64,000 nucleotides of DNA from Bacteroidales bacterium (GTDB taxonomy: Bacteria > Bacteroidota > Bacteroidia > Bacteroidales > UBA10428). Below are positions 17,107-27,215 of this stretch, piece by piece. The DNA is taken from positions 7,665 through 71,664 of the forward strand of contig JAFGBD010000021.1 of NCBI GenBank assembly GCA_016933335.1, read 5' to 3'. Position 1 is the stretch's first letter, and each line of letters opens with the position of its first letter. The position numbers were made by a program, and so were the translations under genes. Under the pieces are notes generated by a model. That model worked only from the letters and a program-made list of their open reading frames with translations. It did not search any database and was not told the DNA's origin.

Positions 17107-20100
17107 TTAACGATTGTTATGATTACCATTTCCGTTTCTTTCTTTAAATACAGTTATCAATCTGACCCATCTGAGCTGCACCAGTGATGTCAGCCTGTAC
17201 ATTACAGGTACAATAACCAGGGTCAGGAATGTAGAGAATGTCAATCCGAATATGATGGTCCATGCCAGCGGGCCCCAAAACTGTGCCTGGTCGCCTCCGA
17301 TGTAAAAATCAGGATCATAGTTATGAAGAAAACCTCCAAAATCAAAATTCATGCCGATGGCCATTGGTATTAATCCAAGTAGTGTCGTAATTGCTGTAAG
17401 CAATACAGGTCTGAGACGTACTTTACCGGCCTTTACAAGACATTCTGTTGCATCATTGGCAGGCAGCAGGACTTCGTCTTCCAGACCGAGTTCTTCTCTC
17501 CGTCCTGCCCTCAACAATTGAATATAGTCAACAAGCACAATGGCATTGTTAACAACAATACCGGCAAGCGAGATGATCCCGACACCTGTCATGATAATAA
17601 CAAAAGGCATCTTAAAGGTTGCAAGCCCGCCAATCACCCCGATTGTGCTGAACAAAACACTAACCAGAATAATCACTGTCCGGATTACCGAATTAAACTG
17701 CGTGACAAGAATCAGAAATATCAATGCCACGGCTATTAGCAGGGCACGTATTAAAAAATTAAATGATTCATCCTGTTCCTCCTGTTCACCTGTAAATTCA
17801 TATCTGTACCCGGGTGGCATTTTGAAATTTATCATCAGATCTTTGATTTTCTGATTTACGACTGTAGGATTATATCCTTCAACAACATTTGAGTAAAGTG
17901 TGACTACCCTGTCAAGATCTTTTCTCCGTACTGAACTGAATGTACTGGTATAGTCGAAGTCAGCAACAGAAGAAAGCGGTATAAGATTTGTAATACCGTT
18001 ATCGGTGTAGCTGATTTTCATATTTTGCAAGGCTGACAGGTTATAACGGTACTCATCTTTTAACCGGATCATGACAGGGTATTCATCTTCACCTATCTTA
18101 TAATCCGTTGCATTAAAACCATACACTGCCGTGCGCAAATCACTTGCAATCTGGTATGTTGATAAGCCAAACCTTCTGGCTTTATCCCTGTCTATACTCA
18201 CCAGGAGTTCGGGCTTATCGGTGCTGATATTCATTTTTAATCCTTCAATACCCTGTATGCCTGCACTCTTAATCAATGCCCTGATGGAATCGGCAAGAAA
18301 GACCAGCTCATCAAAATCCTGTCCCGCTATCTCAAGATTGATTTCCTTGCCGGTTGGTGGTCCCATCTCCTCCTTGGTAATTTCAATTTCAACACCTGGA
18401 TAATTTCCGACAATCCTTTCAGTGACCTCTCTCATGATTTTTGAGGTATTTTTTCCTTTTCGTTCTGTAAAATCAATAAAACTGATTGTCATCAGGGCCT
18501 TTTGAGGCTGTGGTCCGCTGCTGAAATCATAAGGATCACCTTTACCAATCGTTGTTAAAATGGATTCAATAATATCCCTGTCCGGTTCAAGAAACTGGGC
18601 AATATCATTTTCAAGCTTATGAATAAAAGCATCTGTAGTTCTGATATCTGTGCCGATCGGAAGTTCGCAAATCACATTGATGTAATTCGGATCATTATCC
18701 GGGAAAAAAAGGACTTCCGGCTGTCTTATCGTCCATAGAAATATGGCAAAAAGAAACAAACCGAATGTTCCGCTAAAAAACCACAGAGGATTCCTTCTTT
18801 TAAGCGCAAACCTTAACACTCTTTCGTAGAATACTTCCAGCCAGGGAAGAAAATGATCCTGAAACCACAACTGCATTCCATGAAAAACCGCAAGATTCAG
18901 AATACCGATGATCCCAAAAATAATCAACAGATTGGGTATTAATCTCCAGCCTGGTATTAACATGAGCAAGCCGGCTCCAATCATCACCAGTGCAACCTTA
19001 TATCCCCTTTTTTTGTCAGGTACCGCTCCTTCACCTTTTTTCCGTATAAAGGTAGCAGCTACAACAGGGGTAATAACAAGTGCAACAAAAAGTGAAGCCG
19101 AAAGCACTATGATAAGGGTAATTGGCAATATTTTCATAAATTCACCAACAACACCTGTCCACAGGGCCAACGGAAAGAATGCTGCAAGCGTTGTCAGAGT
19201 AGACGCAATGATTGGAACAGCAATCTCGCTTGTAGCAAGTCTGGCTGCTTCCCACGGTTTATAACCCTCGTCCACAAAACGATATATGTTCTCAACCACA
19301 ACAATGGCATTGTCAACCAGCATGCCCAGCGCCAGTATCAATGAGAACAGTACCATCATATTGATCCTGTAGTTGATGATACCAATAACCACGAATGAAA
19401 GAAAAAGCGACATCGGTATGGCCAGTCCCACAAACATGGCATTACGTGCTCCAAGAAAATAATAAAGAACCAATACAACCAGGATGATTGCGATAATCAT
19501 GCTGTTATTCAGATTATCAAGCTGGCTGATAACCTCTTCCGACTGATCGTTTGTAATGGATATGCGAAGACCATCAGGTATCAGTTTATCCTCCCGGGCC
19601 TGATCAATGATTTTAAAAATCTTCCCGGTGGCAGAAAGCAGGTTTTCACCACCTTTCTTTACTACCTGAACTGAAACAACAGGGTGTCTGTCCAGACGGG
19701 CAAAACTGACAGGCTCTGCAAAGCCGTAGACCACATCTGCAACATCCCTGAGATAAATGGTTTTATTACCGTCTTTTTTAACAATTATTTCTTCCAGCTC
19801 ACGCGGATCATCTATCTCGCCTTCTACCCGTAAGCCTCTCCTCATTCCATGTAACAGTATTTCACCACCTGACATGGTAAGGTTCTCCTGGGACAGTGCA
19901 AACTGAATATCGTAAAATGTAAGGCTGAGGGCTTCCATTTTGACCAGGTCGGCATTCACTTTAACTTCCCTTTCATTTATACCTTCAATCAGAACTTTTG
20001 AAACTTCTGGTATTTCTTCCAGCTCATCCTGTAAATTCTCTGCATAATTCTTCAGTTCTTCAATGCTGTATTCTCCTGACATATTGATATTGATGATCGG

Positions 20101-20553
20101 GAATTCAGAGAAGTCAACATCAAAGACGATAGGTCCTGTTAAATCATCCCCGGAGGGTAATTCGCTTTCTGCACGGTCAACCCTGTCCTTCACACGTTGA
20201 AGGGCATCTTCCAGGTCAACATCGGTGTTGAACTCAACAAAAATCATCGAAATATCCTGGGCAGATACAGAAGTTATTTCCTTAAGTCCTTTCACACCCT
20301 CTACTTCCTTTTCAATGGGCCGGGTGATGATACTTTCAATATCTTCAGGTGAGTTGCCAAAGTATTGGGTTTGTATCATAATCTGCGGCCAGACAATTTC
20401 CGGCATTAGTTCCTTGGGTAAACTGCGATAGGAGTAAATTCCAAAAAACAATATCATGAATATAAGGAGGTAAATTGTATTCCTGTTTTTTAATGCGAGT
20501 GATGTCAATTTAAAATCCCTTAACTTTTTCTTTTTTATTTCTGTAGTTCCCAT
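17107..20553 (-). CDS. RND efflux transporter permease (AcrB/HAE1-like), 1148 aa
   Basis: 12-TM RND architecture with two large periplasmic loops. Conserved 'GMLVDNAIVVVENI' and 'GIVVNNAIVLVDYI' TM4/TM10 blocks. Confidence 0.95.
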   Translation of the reverse strand: MGTTEIKKKKLRDFKLTSLALKNRNTIYLLIFMILFFGIYSYRSLPKELMPEIVWPQIMIQTQYFGNSPEDIESIITRPIEKEVEGVKGLKEITSVSAQDISMIFVEFNTDVDLEDALQRVKDRVDRAESELPSGDDLTGPIVFDVDFSEFPIININMSGEYSIEELKNYAENLQDELEEIPEVSKVLIEGINEREVKVNADLVKMEALSLTFYDIQFALSQENLTMSGGEILLHGMRRGLRVEGEIDDPRELEEIIVKKDGNKTIYLRDVADVVYGFAEPVSFARLDRHPVVSVQVVKKGGENLLSATGKIFKIIDQAREDKLIPDGLRISITNDQSEEVISQLDNLNNSMIIAIILVVLVLYYFLGARNAMFVGLAIPMSLFLSFVVIGIINYRINMMVLFSLILALGMLVDNAIVVVENIYRFVDEGYKPWEAARLATSEIAVPIIASTLTTLAAFFPLALWTGVVGEFMKILPITLIIVLSASLFVALVITPVVAATFIRKKGEGAVPDKKRGYKVALVMIGAGLLMLIPGWRLIPNLLIIFGIIGILNLAVFHGMQLWFQDHFLPWLEVFYERVLRFALKRRNPLWFFSGTFGLFLFAIFLWTIRQPEVLFFPDNDPNYINVICELPIGTDIRTTDAFIHKLENDIAQFLEPDRDIIESILTTIGKGDPYDFSSGPQPQKALMTISFIDFTERKGKNTSKIMREVTERIVGNYPGVEIEITKEEMGPPTGKEINLEIAGQDFDELVFLADSIRALIKSAGIQGIEGLKMNISTDKPELLVSIDRDKARRFGLSTYQIASDLRTAVYGFNATDYKIGEDEYPVMIRLKDEYRYNLSALQNMKISYTDNGITNLIPLSSVADFDYTSTFSSVRRKDLDRVVTLYSNVVEGYNPTVVNQKIKDLMINFKMPPGYRYEFTGEQEEQDESFNFLIRALLIAVALIFLILVTQFNSVIRTVIILVSVLFSTIGVIGGLATFKMPFVIIMTGVGIISLAGIVVNNAIVLVDYIQLLRAGRREELGLEDEVLLPANDATECLVKAGKVRLRPVLLTAITTLLGLIPMAIGMNFDFGGFLHNYDPDFYIGGDQAQFWGPLAWTIIFGLTFSTFLTLVIVPVMYRLTSLVQLRWVRLITVFKERNGNGNHNNR

Positions 20554-20565
20554 TCTTAACTGTCT

Positions 20566-21699
20566 TTAATCATTATTAACATTATTCACTGCAACATATG
20601 AACCTGTACTTACAAGGTTATAACCTGCTGTAATCACCCTGTCGCCGGGAACAAGTCCTTCGGCAACCATGGTCATTCCCTCATACGACCTGCCACGTTC
20701 AACATATTTTTTCACTGCAACAAACCGGCCTTTCTCATTGTGCTTCACAACATAAAGGTAATCACCGGTAATATCTCTCTTAATCACAACTGATGGCACA
20801 ACCATGGCATTATGCGATGTGAAATCATTTATTCTTATGGCTGTAATCATATTCGGCCGTATTTTTTCCTTCCCGTTATGAATTTTCACTTCAATTTGAA
20901 ATGTCCGGTTTGTAGGATTAATAACTTTTGAAGTGCGTTCGATTTTTGATGTTACTTTATGTTCCGGCAGGGATGAGAAAAATAATTCAACAGGCTCTCC
21001 GGCATGAACAGATTCAAGATATGTTTCTGACACATCGGCCCTGACAGTGAGCCTTTGCAGGTTGACAAATTCAATGACAGGCATCATAGGCCCTGCAATA
21101 TCTCCAACTTTCAAATAAATTTTATCCACCAGACCTTCAAAAGGAGCCCTTACCTGCGACATGCGCAATTGAGCCTCGAGCAGATTTAATCTCGATTCGG
21201 CCGATTCCTTCTGCGCCTTGGCCTGAAGATATTGTATCTCCGATCCGATACCCTGATCCCATAAGTTCTTCTGTTTTTCATAAGTTATCCTGGCCAGTTC
21301 AAGATTGGTTTTTAGTTCATTTATTGAACTTTCGGTCGCCTCGGTATTTAGCGAAACAAGCAGGTGCCCCTTTCTAACCCTCTGCCCCTCTTCAACATGA
21401 ATTCCGGTAATCTGTCCGTTCATTTCAGGACTGATTTTAGCATACAGATCGGCTTCCACATTGCCAAAAACAGTAATGTAATGCCTGAATACCTCGTTTT
21501 TCATCTCTTTGATTTCAACTGCCAGGGGATTGATCATCTCAGCCGTATCTGTCAGCTCTTTTTCCAGTTCATTTATACTCTTTTCAAGCATAACAATCTT
21601 GGCTTTCTTGCTTTCAATCTGATTTTTGATCTTTTCGTCTTTCGATATGCCGCAGCTTACTAAAAGTAATATTGTGACGATTTGCGCTAATGTTTTCAT
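20566..21699 (-). CDS. RND efflux periplasmic adaptor (MFP/HlyD family) lipoprotein
   Basis: Lipobox 'LLVSC', a coiled-coil hairpin, and barrel-sandwich/beta-barrel blocks ('VRAPFEGLV'). It lies between the TolC-like and RND genes. Confidence 0.9.
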   Translation of the reverse strand: MKTLAQIVTILLLVSCGISKDEKIKNQIESKKAKIVMLEKSINELEKELTDTAEMINPLAVEIKEMKNEVFRHYITVFGNVEADLYAKISPEMNGQITGIHVEEGQRVRKGHLLVSLNTEATESSINELKTNLELARITYEKQKNLWDQGIGSEIQYLQAKAQKESAESRLNLLEAQLRMSQVRAPFEGLVDKIYLKVGDIAGPMMPVIEFVNLQRLTVRADVSETYLESVHAGEPVELFFSSLPEHKVTSKIERTSKVINPTNRTFQIEVKIHNGKEKIRPNMITAIRINDFTSHNAMVVPSVVIKRDITGDYLYVVKHNEKGRFVAVKKYVERGRSYEGMTMVAEGLVPGDRVITAGYNLVSTGSYVAVNNVNND

Positions 21700-21711
21700 G
21701 ACTTTATTCTT

Positions 21712-23106
21712 TTAATTTTGACTCAGTAAATTATCCAGCTCTGCTTTTGCTGTAAGTAATTTCATAATTGAATTGATATAATCTGATTCAGCCGTGAGAA
21801 ACTCCCGCTGATCAGAAGTAAGCTCCAGGCTTGACGTAACTCCCTCCTGAAAACTGACTATTGATTTATTAAATATTTTCCGGGAAAGGTTGAAATTATT
21901 CTCTGAAGTGATATAATTCTCATATGCCGTAACATAATCATTTTTTGCGGTTTCAAACCGGATGAGCAGTCCCTGTTCTGCATCTGTCTGCGCCAGTTTT
22001 GATTTTTCGTATTCTATCCTTGCCTGTGAAACCAATGAAAGTCTTTGTCCGCTATTGAAAATGGGGAAACTGACAGCAACTCCAAGAACATCTTTAGGCT
22101 GAAAGTTAAGAACAGGTTCCCTGGCCAGCTCCTGATGACGGTAAAATGCAGAAACAGTCGGGAAAAATTTACTTTTCTGCCTTTTTAAGTTTAGTTTTTC
22201 CAGTTTTGTTGCAGTAGTGGCCAGCTGATAGTTTATATTCCTGTCCGCATTAAAAACCGCACTGGTTAACAACTTAAGATCCGTATCATACAATAAACCG
22301 GGAATACTGTCAGTAAGGATACAGTTTATGGAGATGTCCAGTCCTAACTGCATCAGTAATATTTTTTTACTGATTCTTTCCTGTCCTTCGAGTGTATTTA
22401 TCGCATTTTCAAGTTGATTTTTCAGAATAACCAAACGGTCGGCATCTGTTTCAGAAGCAAAGCCCTGCCGGTATAATTGATCCATTTCGTATTGTGCTTT
22501 TGAAACAACCAAATAGCTTTCCCTGGTAATTTCCAGACTTCGTGCTAGTACTAAGACCGCATTGTATGAATTTGAAACCGATTCCCTGATATCATTTTCA
22601 GTTTTTGTTAATGCTTGTTCTGATAATTCCTTAAACACTCTTGACGCCTGCAGTCCAACAATATATTCCCCGCTAAAAACCAGCTGCGACAGGGTAAAAT
22701 CATATGTTGCATTGTCTTTTTCAGCAACCGGGAAACCGGGCTGGTTATATATATACTGATTGAGACCCCCTGTTAATTCCGGATCCTGAAATTGTTCAAA
22801 TCCTTCAGGTACATCTGTCAAAGGATTCTGGGTAAAACCGGTAATGGGAAAGCTAAATACAGGAACCTTAAGAATATGCTGATAATTAATATCTGCTGAA
22901 AAGCGGGGCAGACCTGTAGCAATGGTTTCCCGGATTTTTTTTCTGGCAATTTCCAGATCCAGTTCCGATATTCTTATGCTCCTGTTATGCTGCAGCGCAT
23001 ACTCCTGGGCTTCCTTCAGGCTTAAAGTACAAAATGTGTCAGCCTGCCCATACAGGCTTGCAAGGTTCAGAGGGATGATCAGTAAAATGTATAATCTTAA
23101 ATTCAT
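21712..23106 (-). CDS. TolC-family outer membrane efflux protein
   Basis: Two-repeat OEP architecture. I chose the start at Met 23106 (MNLRLYILLIIPLNLASLYG|Q signal peptide) over the longer ORF start at 23226. Confidence 0.85.
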   Translation of the reverse strand: MNLRLYILLIIPLNLASLYGQADTFCTLSLKEAQEYALQHNRSIRISELDLEIARKKIRETIATGLPRFSADINYQHILKVPVFSFPITGFTQNPLTDVPEGFEQFQDPELTGGLNQYIYNQPGFPVAEKDNATYDFTLSQLVFSGEYIVGLQASRVFKELSEQALTKTENDIRESVSNSYNAVLVLARSLEITRESYLVVSKAQYEMDQLYRQGFASETDADRLVILKNQLENAINTLEGQERISKKILLMQLGLDISINCILTDSIPGLLYDTDLKLLTSAVFNADRNINYQLATTATKLEKLNLKRQKSKFFPTVSAFYRHQELAREPVLNFQPKDVLGVAVSFPIFNSGQRLSLVSQARIEYEKSKLAQTDAEQGLLIRFETAKNDYVTAYENYITSENNFNLSRKIFNKSIVSFQEGVTSSLELTSDQREFLTAESDYINSIMKLLTAKAELDNLLSQN

Positions 23107-23392
23107 AATTTGTTTATTTAATATCTTGAATCTACCTGGAAAATAACCATTAAAGATTTTGGGCTGGTGATAAGAATATGTTGCCAAAAACCGGTTCAAA
23201 AATAGCCGTCCTGTTTTGAGAACCACATAACAAATCGGCGAATGAAATCATTATATCGGTGAATTATGGTAAAACGCAGCTGTCCAATTCCGGATGCTGT
23301 TAATTACATGTTGATAATATATATTGATCACATTAAAACCAACCCCGGAAATATGCGTATAAATATTACATAAACCGGTAATTCTTAAAAAC

Positions 23393-23767
23393 ATGAATAA
23401 TTATCAGATAGAAGGAAGTTGCAACTCGCCGGCAGTAATCATCGATGGGAAAACAGGTATTGTCAATATTTCGGGATCTTCAGATTTTAAGTCCGCAAAG
23501 TATTTTTACCAGAATCTTTCCAGGTGGATCAACGCTTTTAATCTTGGATCAAACAAAACAAGAATCATCAATATAAGGCTTACAGATATCAACAAGTCAT
23601 CTGTAAAATGGTTGAAACATACGCTGGAACAAATTGATAAGTGCTCTCATTATTAAGGAAAACCGGTTATAAACTGGTATTATAGCAGAAATAACCCACC
23701 TATCATGACAATAGGCGAAAAATACCGGATGACTTTGCATCTTCCCTTCAATATCATTGCAGCATAA
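23393..23767 (+). pseudogene. DUF1987/SiaC-family protein interrupted by one in-frame TAA (codon 88)
   Basis: The N-terminal 87 aa fit DUF1987 ('IEGSCNSPAVIIDGKTGIVNISGSS...YFYQNLSRWINAF'). The same frame after the TAA at 23654-23656 continues 'GKPVINWYYSRNN...GEKYRMTLHLPFNII', which is the family's conserved C-terminus, and ends at the TAA at 23765-23767. Confidence 0.6.
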
Positions 23768-23873
23768 AAAAGCTTATTGATAACTGGGCGGGTATCGTAA
23801 AATTTTTTCTGCTCATATTATTCAATATGCATGCACAGGGGTAATGTGCAGGAAAAAATCTATTGTTTAAGAA

Positions 23874-26018
23874 CTAGATAACCAGGGCAAAATCAAGTTG
23901 CTTCCTGGGCAGATTGGCCCGCTGTATCTCTATTTTAACATTATCACCCAACTGAAACTTTCTGCCTGTATGTCTCCCTGTCAGACAGTAATTATCCTCG
24001 TCATATTCATAGAAATCATCCAGCAGGTTCCTGATATGAATCATCCCTTCACATTTGTTTTCGATGATTTCTACATAAATCCCCCATTCAGTCACTCCTG
24101 AAATGATCCCGTCATAAATCTGTCCGATTCTTTCAGCCATAAACTCAACCTGCTTGTATTTGACCGAAGCCCTCTCGGCATCAACTGCCAGTTGTTCCAT
24201 GTCAGATGAATGACTGCACATTTTTTCCAATACTTTTTTATTTCCCGGGGGCTGGTGGTTCAGATAATCATTGAGCAGCCGGTGAACCAGCATGTCAGGG
24301 TAACGACGTATAGGTGATGTGAAATGGGTATAATATTTAAATCCCAGACCATAATGTCCAATGTTATTGGTTGAATACTCAGCTTTAGCCATAGCCCTTA
24401 AGGCAAGATTCTCGACCAGATCCTGCTCTTTTGAGCCTTTAACATCGTACAGAACCCGGTTCAGGGTTTCTGCGATCTTTTTCCCCGAAGCCAGATCAAT
24501 GGCATGCCCGAATCTGCTGATGAAAGAAGCGAATTTTCCCAGTTTTTCGAAATTCGGCTTGTCGTGTATCCTGTATACAAAGGTTCTGCGATCCTGCTTG
24601 TTTTTGATGTCCCCAAATAATGTGGCAACACGTTTATTAGCCATAAGCATAAATTCTTCTATCAGTTCATTGGCAGTGTCATATTCCCTGAAATAAATCC
24701 GCTGCGGATGCCCTTTTTCATCAATCTCAAATTTCACCTCTTCGCGTTCAAACGAAATAGAACCTCTCTTGAATCTTTCATTTCTAAGTTTCTGAGCCAA
24801 TCCATGAAGGGTACGAATCTCATCTTTCATATCTCCTTCACCTGTATCAATGATCTTCTGCGCCTCCTGATAACTGAACCTCCGGTCAGAATTTATAATG
24901 GTTTTTCCAAACCATTCATTACATATTTCTGCTTCATCATTTAACTCAAATACAGCAGAAAAACAAAGTTTATCTTCCTTTGGCCGCAATGAACATATAT
25001 GGTTCGAAAGTCTTTCAGGCAACATGGGGACTGTACGGTCAACGAGGTACACCGATGTAGCCCTCTCCTGAGCTTCACTATCCAGTAAAGAACCAGGCTT
25101 TACGTAATAGGTGACATCCGCAATATGGACTCCAACCTCCCAGTTGCCATTATGCAATTTCTGCAGTGACAGTGCATCATCGTAATCTTTGGCATCCTCA
25201 GGATCAATGGTGAAAGTAGGTATCTTTCTGTAATCCTTCCTGTTTGATATATCGGTTTCCGCAATTGCATCAGAAATGCTCTCTGCTGCCCGGGTTGTTT
25301 CTTTTGAAAACCTGTAGGGCAATCCGAAATCGGCCAGTATGGCATGCATTTCGGTTTCGTTATCGCCCTGATCACCCAGCACCTCAATGATCTCGCCAAA
25401 CGGATTCTTTGCCTGCCGGGGCCATTCAACAATTCTGGCAATGGCTTTCTGGCCATCCCTGGCACCTTTCAGTTTTTCAATGGGAATGAATATGTCATAA
25501 GGCATTTTCCTGTTATCAGGAGAGAGAAAAGCAAACCTGCTCGACACTTCCACTACACCAACAAAAGTGTCCCTTGCCCTTTCAATAATCTCAATAACCT
25601 CTCCTTCAGGTCCCCTTGATTTTTTAGCTGCAAACAAATATATTTTAACCGTATCACCGTTCAAAGCATGGTGCAGATTATCCTGGGAAATGAATACAGG
25701 CTCAGAAACTGAATCCGACATAACATAACCGTATCCGCCGGAAGACATTTCAACTTTTCCGCTCATAATCATCCCTGTTGATTTCAGTTTGTATTTGCCC
25801 GGATATATCTCCTGGATATCTCCTGAACGTTTCAGATTCTGCAGGGCTTTAAGAATGATCTTTCTCCGGGCCTGTTCTTTGATATGCAGCTGCCTGGATA
25901 TTTGTTTATAGTTAAAGGCTTGTCTGGGGCTATCATTGAAAAGACTGATGATACTTTTAGTCAGATCGCTGATATTCTGCCCTGGTTTTTTTCTGTTTGA
26001 CTTGTTCTTTCCGGACAT
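23874..26018 (-). CDS. rnr: ribonuclease R
   Basis: 714 aa with cold-shock/OB domains, an RNB catalytic domain ('IDPEDAKDYDDAL', 'YTHFTSPIRRYPD') and a C-terminal S1 domain. Confidence 0.95.
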   Translation of the reverse strand: MSGKNKSNRKKPGQNISDLTKSIISLFNDSPRQAFNYKQISRQLHIKEQARRKIILKALQNLKRSGDIQEIYPGKYKLKSTGMIMSGKVEMSSGGYGYVMSDSVSEPVFISQDNLHHALNGDTVKIYLFAAKKSRGPEGEVIEIIERARDTFVGVVEVSSRFAFLSPDNRKMPYDIFIPIEKLKGARDGQKAIARIVEWPRQAKNPFGEIIEVLGDQGDNETEMHAILADFGLPYRFSKETTRAAESISDAIAETDISNRKDYRKIPTFTIDPEDAKDYDDALSLQKLHNGNWEVGVHIADVTYYVKPGSLLDSEAQERATSVYLVDRTVPMLPERLSNHICSLRPKEDKLCFSAVFELNDEAEICNEWFGKTIINSDRRFSYQEAQKIIDTGEGDMKDEIRTLHGLAQKLRNERFKRGSISFEREEVKFEIDEKGHPQRIYFREYDTANELIEEFMLMANKRVATLFGDIKNKQDRRTFVYRIHDKPNFEKLGKFASFISRFGHAIDLASGKKIAETLNRVLYDVKGSKEQDLVENLALRAMAKAEYSTNNIGHYGLGFKYYTHFTSPIRRYPDMLVHRLLNDYLNHQPPGNKKVLEKMCSHSSDMEQLAVDAERASVKYKQVEFMAERIGQIYDGIISGVTEWGIYVEIIENKCEGMIHIRNLLDDFYEYDEDNYCLTGRHTGRKFQLGDNVKIEIQRANLPRKQLDFALVI

Positions 26019-26122
26019 CTGAAAAATTTATTTGATTATATGGTCAAAGATAAGTCCATTCATTCAGGTATTTTTGAATAAAACATCAAAAATGCCTGTT
26101 ATATATTGTTTAAATGATTTTT

Positions 26123-27202
26123 CTATTTGCTTTTGTTATCTTCGGGTCTCTTCTTTTTCTTTGAAAACAGGCGTATCATTCTGCTTCTTTTAATGGTCTC
26201 TGATGCTTCGGTTACCGATACAATTCCCCTGTTCAACCGTATCACTGCCATATCCACGCTATCGGCAAATGCCGAATCGGCAATCAGTTTATTAATTAAT
26301 CCTTTACCGGAGTTGATCTTTTCGGTTATTTCATTCAGGTTCCGGGTAATAATTTCAAGCTCTTCGCTTGATTCATTGATATGCTGACCTGCCTGGTAGA
26401 GGTTCTGGGCCAATGTTGTATCTGTAAATAATTTTCCGAAAATCCCTTCTCCCCGGTTTATCTTATCTGTGATCCCTTCAAGATTTTCTGTAATGAAAAT
26501 TAAATTACTGCTGGCTTCACCCAGGTTTACAGAAATAGCTGTGTCTGCCAGCAGTTTCCCGAGTATGCCTTCACCCTGACTGACTCGCTCAGAGATTTTA
26601 TTCAAATTACTTGTAATCATCACAACATTCCTGCTTGCTTTATCAAGACTCACTGTCAGACTCGTATCGGTGAATATTTTACCGAATACACCTTCACCGA
26701 CCTTTATCCTGTCTGTTATATCAATCAGATTCTGTGAAACCACGGCAATGTTTTCACTCGATTTTTGTATCTCAATAAGTATCTCATCAATATTCACCGG
26801 TTGTATTGTCGTCAGGGTATCTCCCCCGGTCAGCATTCTTTTCTCCATTGTACCCGGAATGATGGTTACGGTTTTGTTTCCCATAAGGCCTTCGCTACCG
26901 ATTGTTGCTACTGAATTTTTCCTGATAAAGGGCATGACACTGCTCTGAATGGACAGTTCAACCCTTACCTCGTTTTCAGAGAGAATCCTGATATTGCTTA
27001 CGGTTCCCACATCAATACCCGAAAACCTGACGTTGTTCCCGACTGTCAGACCGGACACATCAGTGAAAATGGCCATGACCTTGACGTTTGAAGTAAACAG
27101 ATTCTGCTTCTTTCCTACCAGATAGATTGCCAAAGCAAAGATTACGATTCCAAAAAAAATGAATATCCCCAGCAGCAGGTTGTATGATTTTTTCGGTTGC
27201 AT
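26123..27202 (-). CDS. MlaD/MCE-family protein with an extended repeat-containing C-terminus
   Basis: N-terminal TM, an MCE domain ('FTDVSGLTVGNNVRFSGIDVGTV'), then four tandem repeats of about 41 aa. Confidence 0.85.
   Translation of the reverse strand: MQPKKSYNLLLGIFIFFGIVIFALAIYLVGKKQNLFTSNVKVMAIFTDVSGLTVGNNVRFSGIDVGTVSNIRILSENEVRVELSIQSSVMPFIRKNSVATIGSEGLMGNKTVTIIPGTMEKRMLTGGDTLTTIQPVNIDEILIEIQKSSENIAVVSQNLIDITDRIKVGEGVFGKIFTDTSLTVSLDKASRNVVMITSNLNKISERVSQGEGILGKLLADTAISVNLGEASSNLIFITENLEGITDKINRGEGIFGKLFTDTTLAQNLYQAGQHINESSEELEIITRNLNEITEKINSGKGLINKLIADSAFADSVDMAVIRLNRGIVSVTEASETIKRSRMIRLFSKKKKRPEDNKSK
26198..26710 (-). repeat. four tandem ~41-aa coding repeats inside the MlaD-like gene
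   Basis: The units are RIKVGEGVFGKIFTDTSL..NLNKISE / RVSQGEGILGKLLADTAI..NLEGITD / KINRGEGIFGKLFTDTTL..NLNEITE / KINSGKGLINKLIADSAF.. Confidence 0.8.
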
Positions 27203-27215
27203 GGTATTAAGAAGT

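Noticed and set aside
23107-23226. Longer N-terminal extensions offered by the ORF track: TolC-like 23226, sensor 33693, gltX 58552, Mn-SOD 58513, tcdA 60908, adaptor 52998, pectate lyase 44989
   Set aside because: In each case an internal Met starts a canonical signal peptide or lipobox, or the conserved family N-terminus. The extension also overlaps an upstream gene or promoter region, so the shorter starts were used.
23654-23656. Reassigned genetic code or programmed readthrough as the explanation for the in-frame TAA in the DUF1987 gene
   Set aside because: TAA terminates many well-supported genes in this window at the expected protein lengths, for example gcvP and pcm. A code change is therefore excluded. 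I see no readthrough context or downstream structure that I could argue for. A nonsense mutation or a sequencing error is the more economical explanation.
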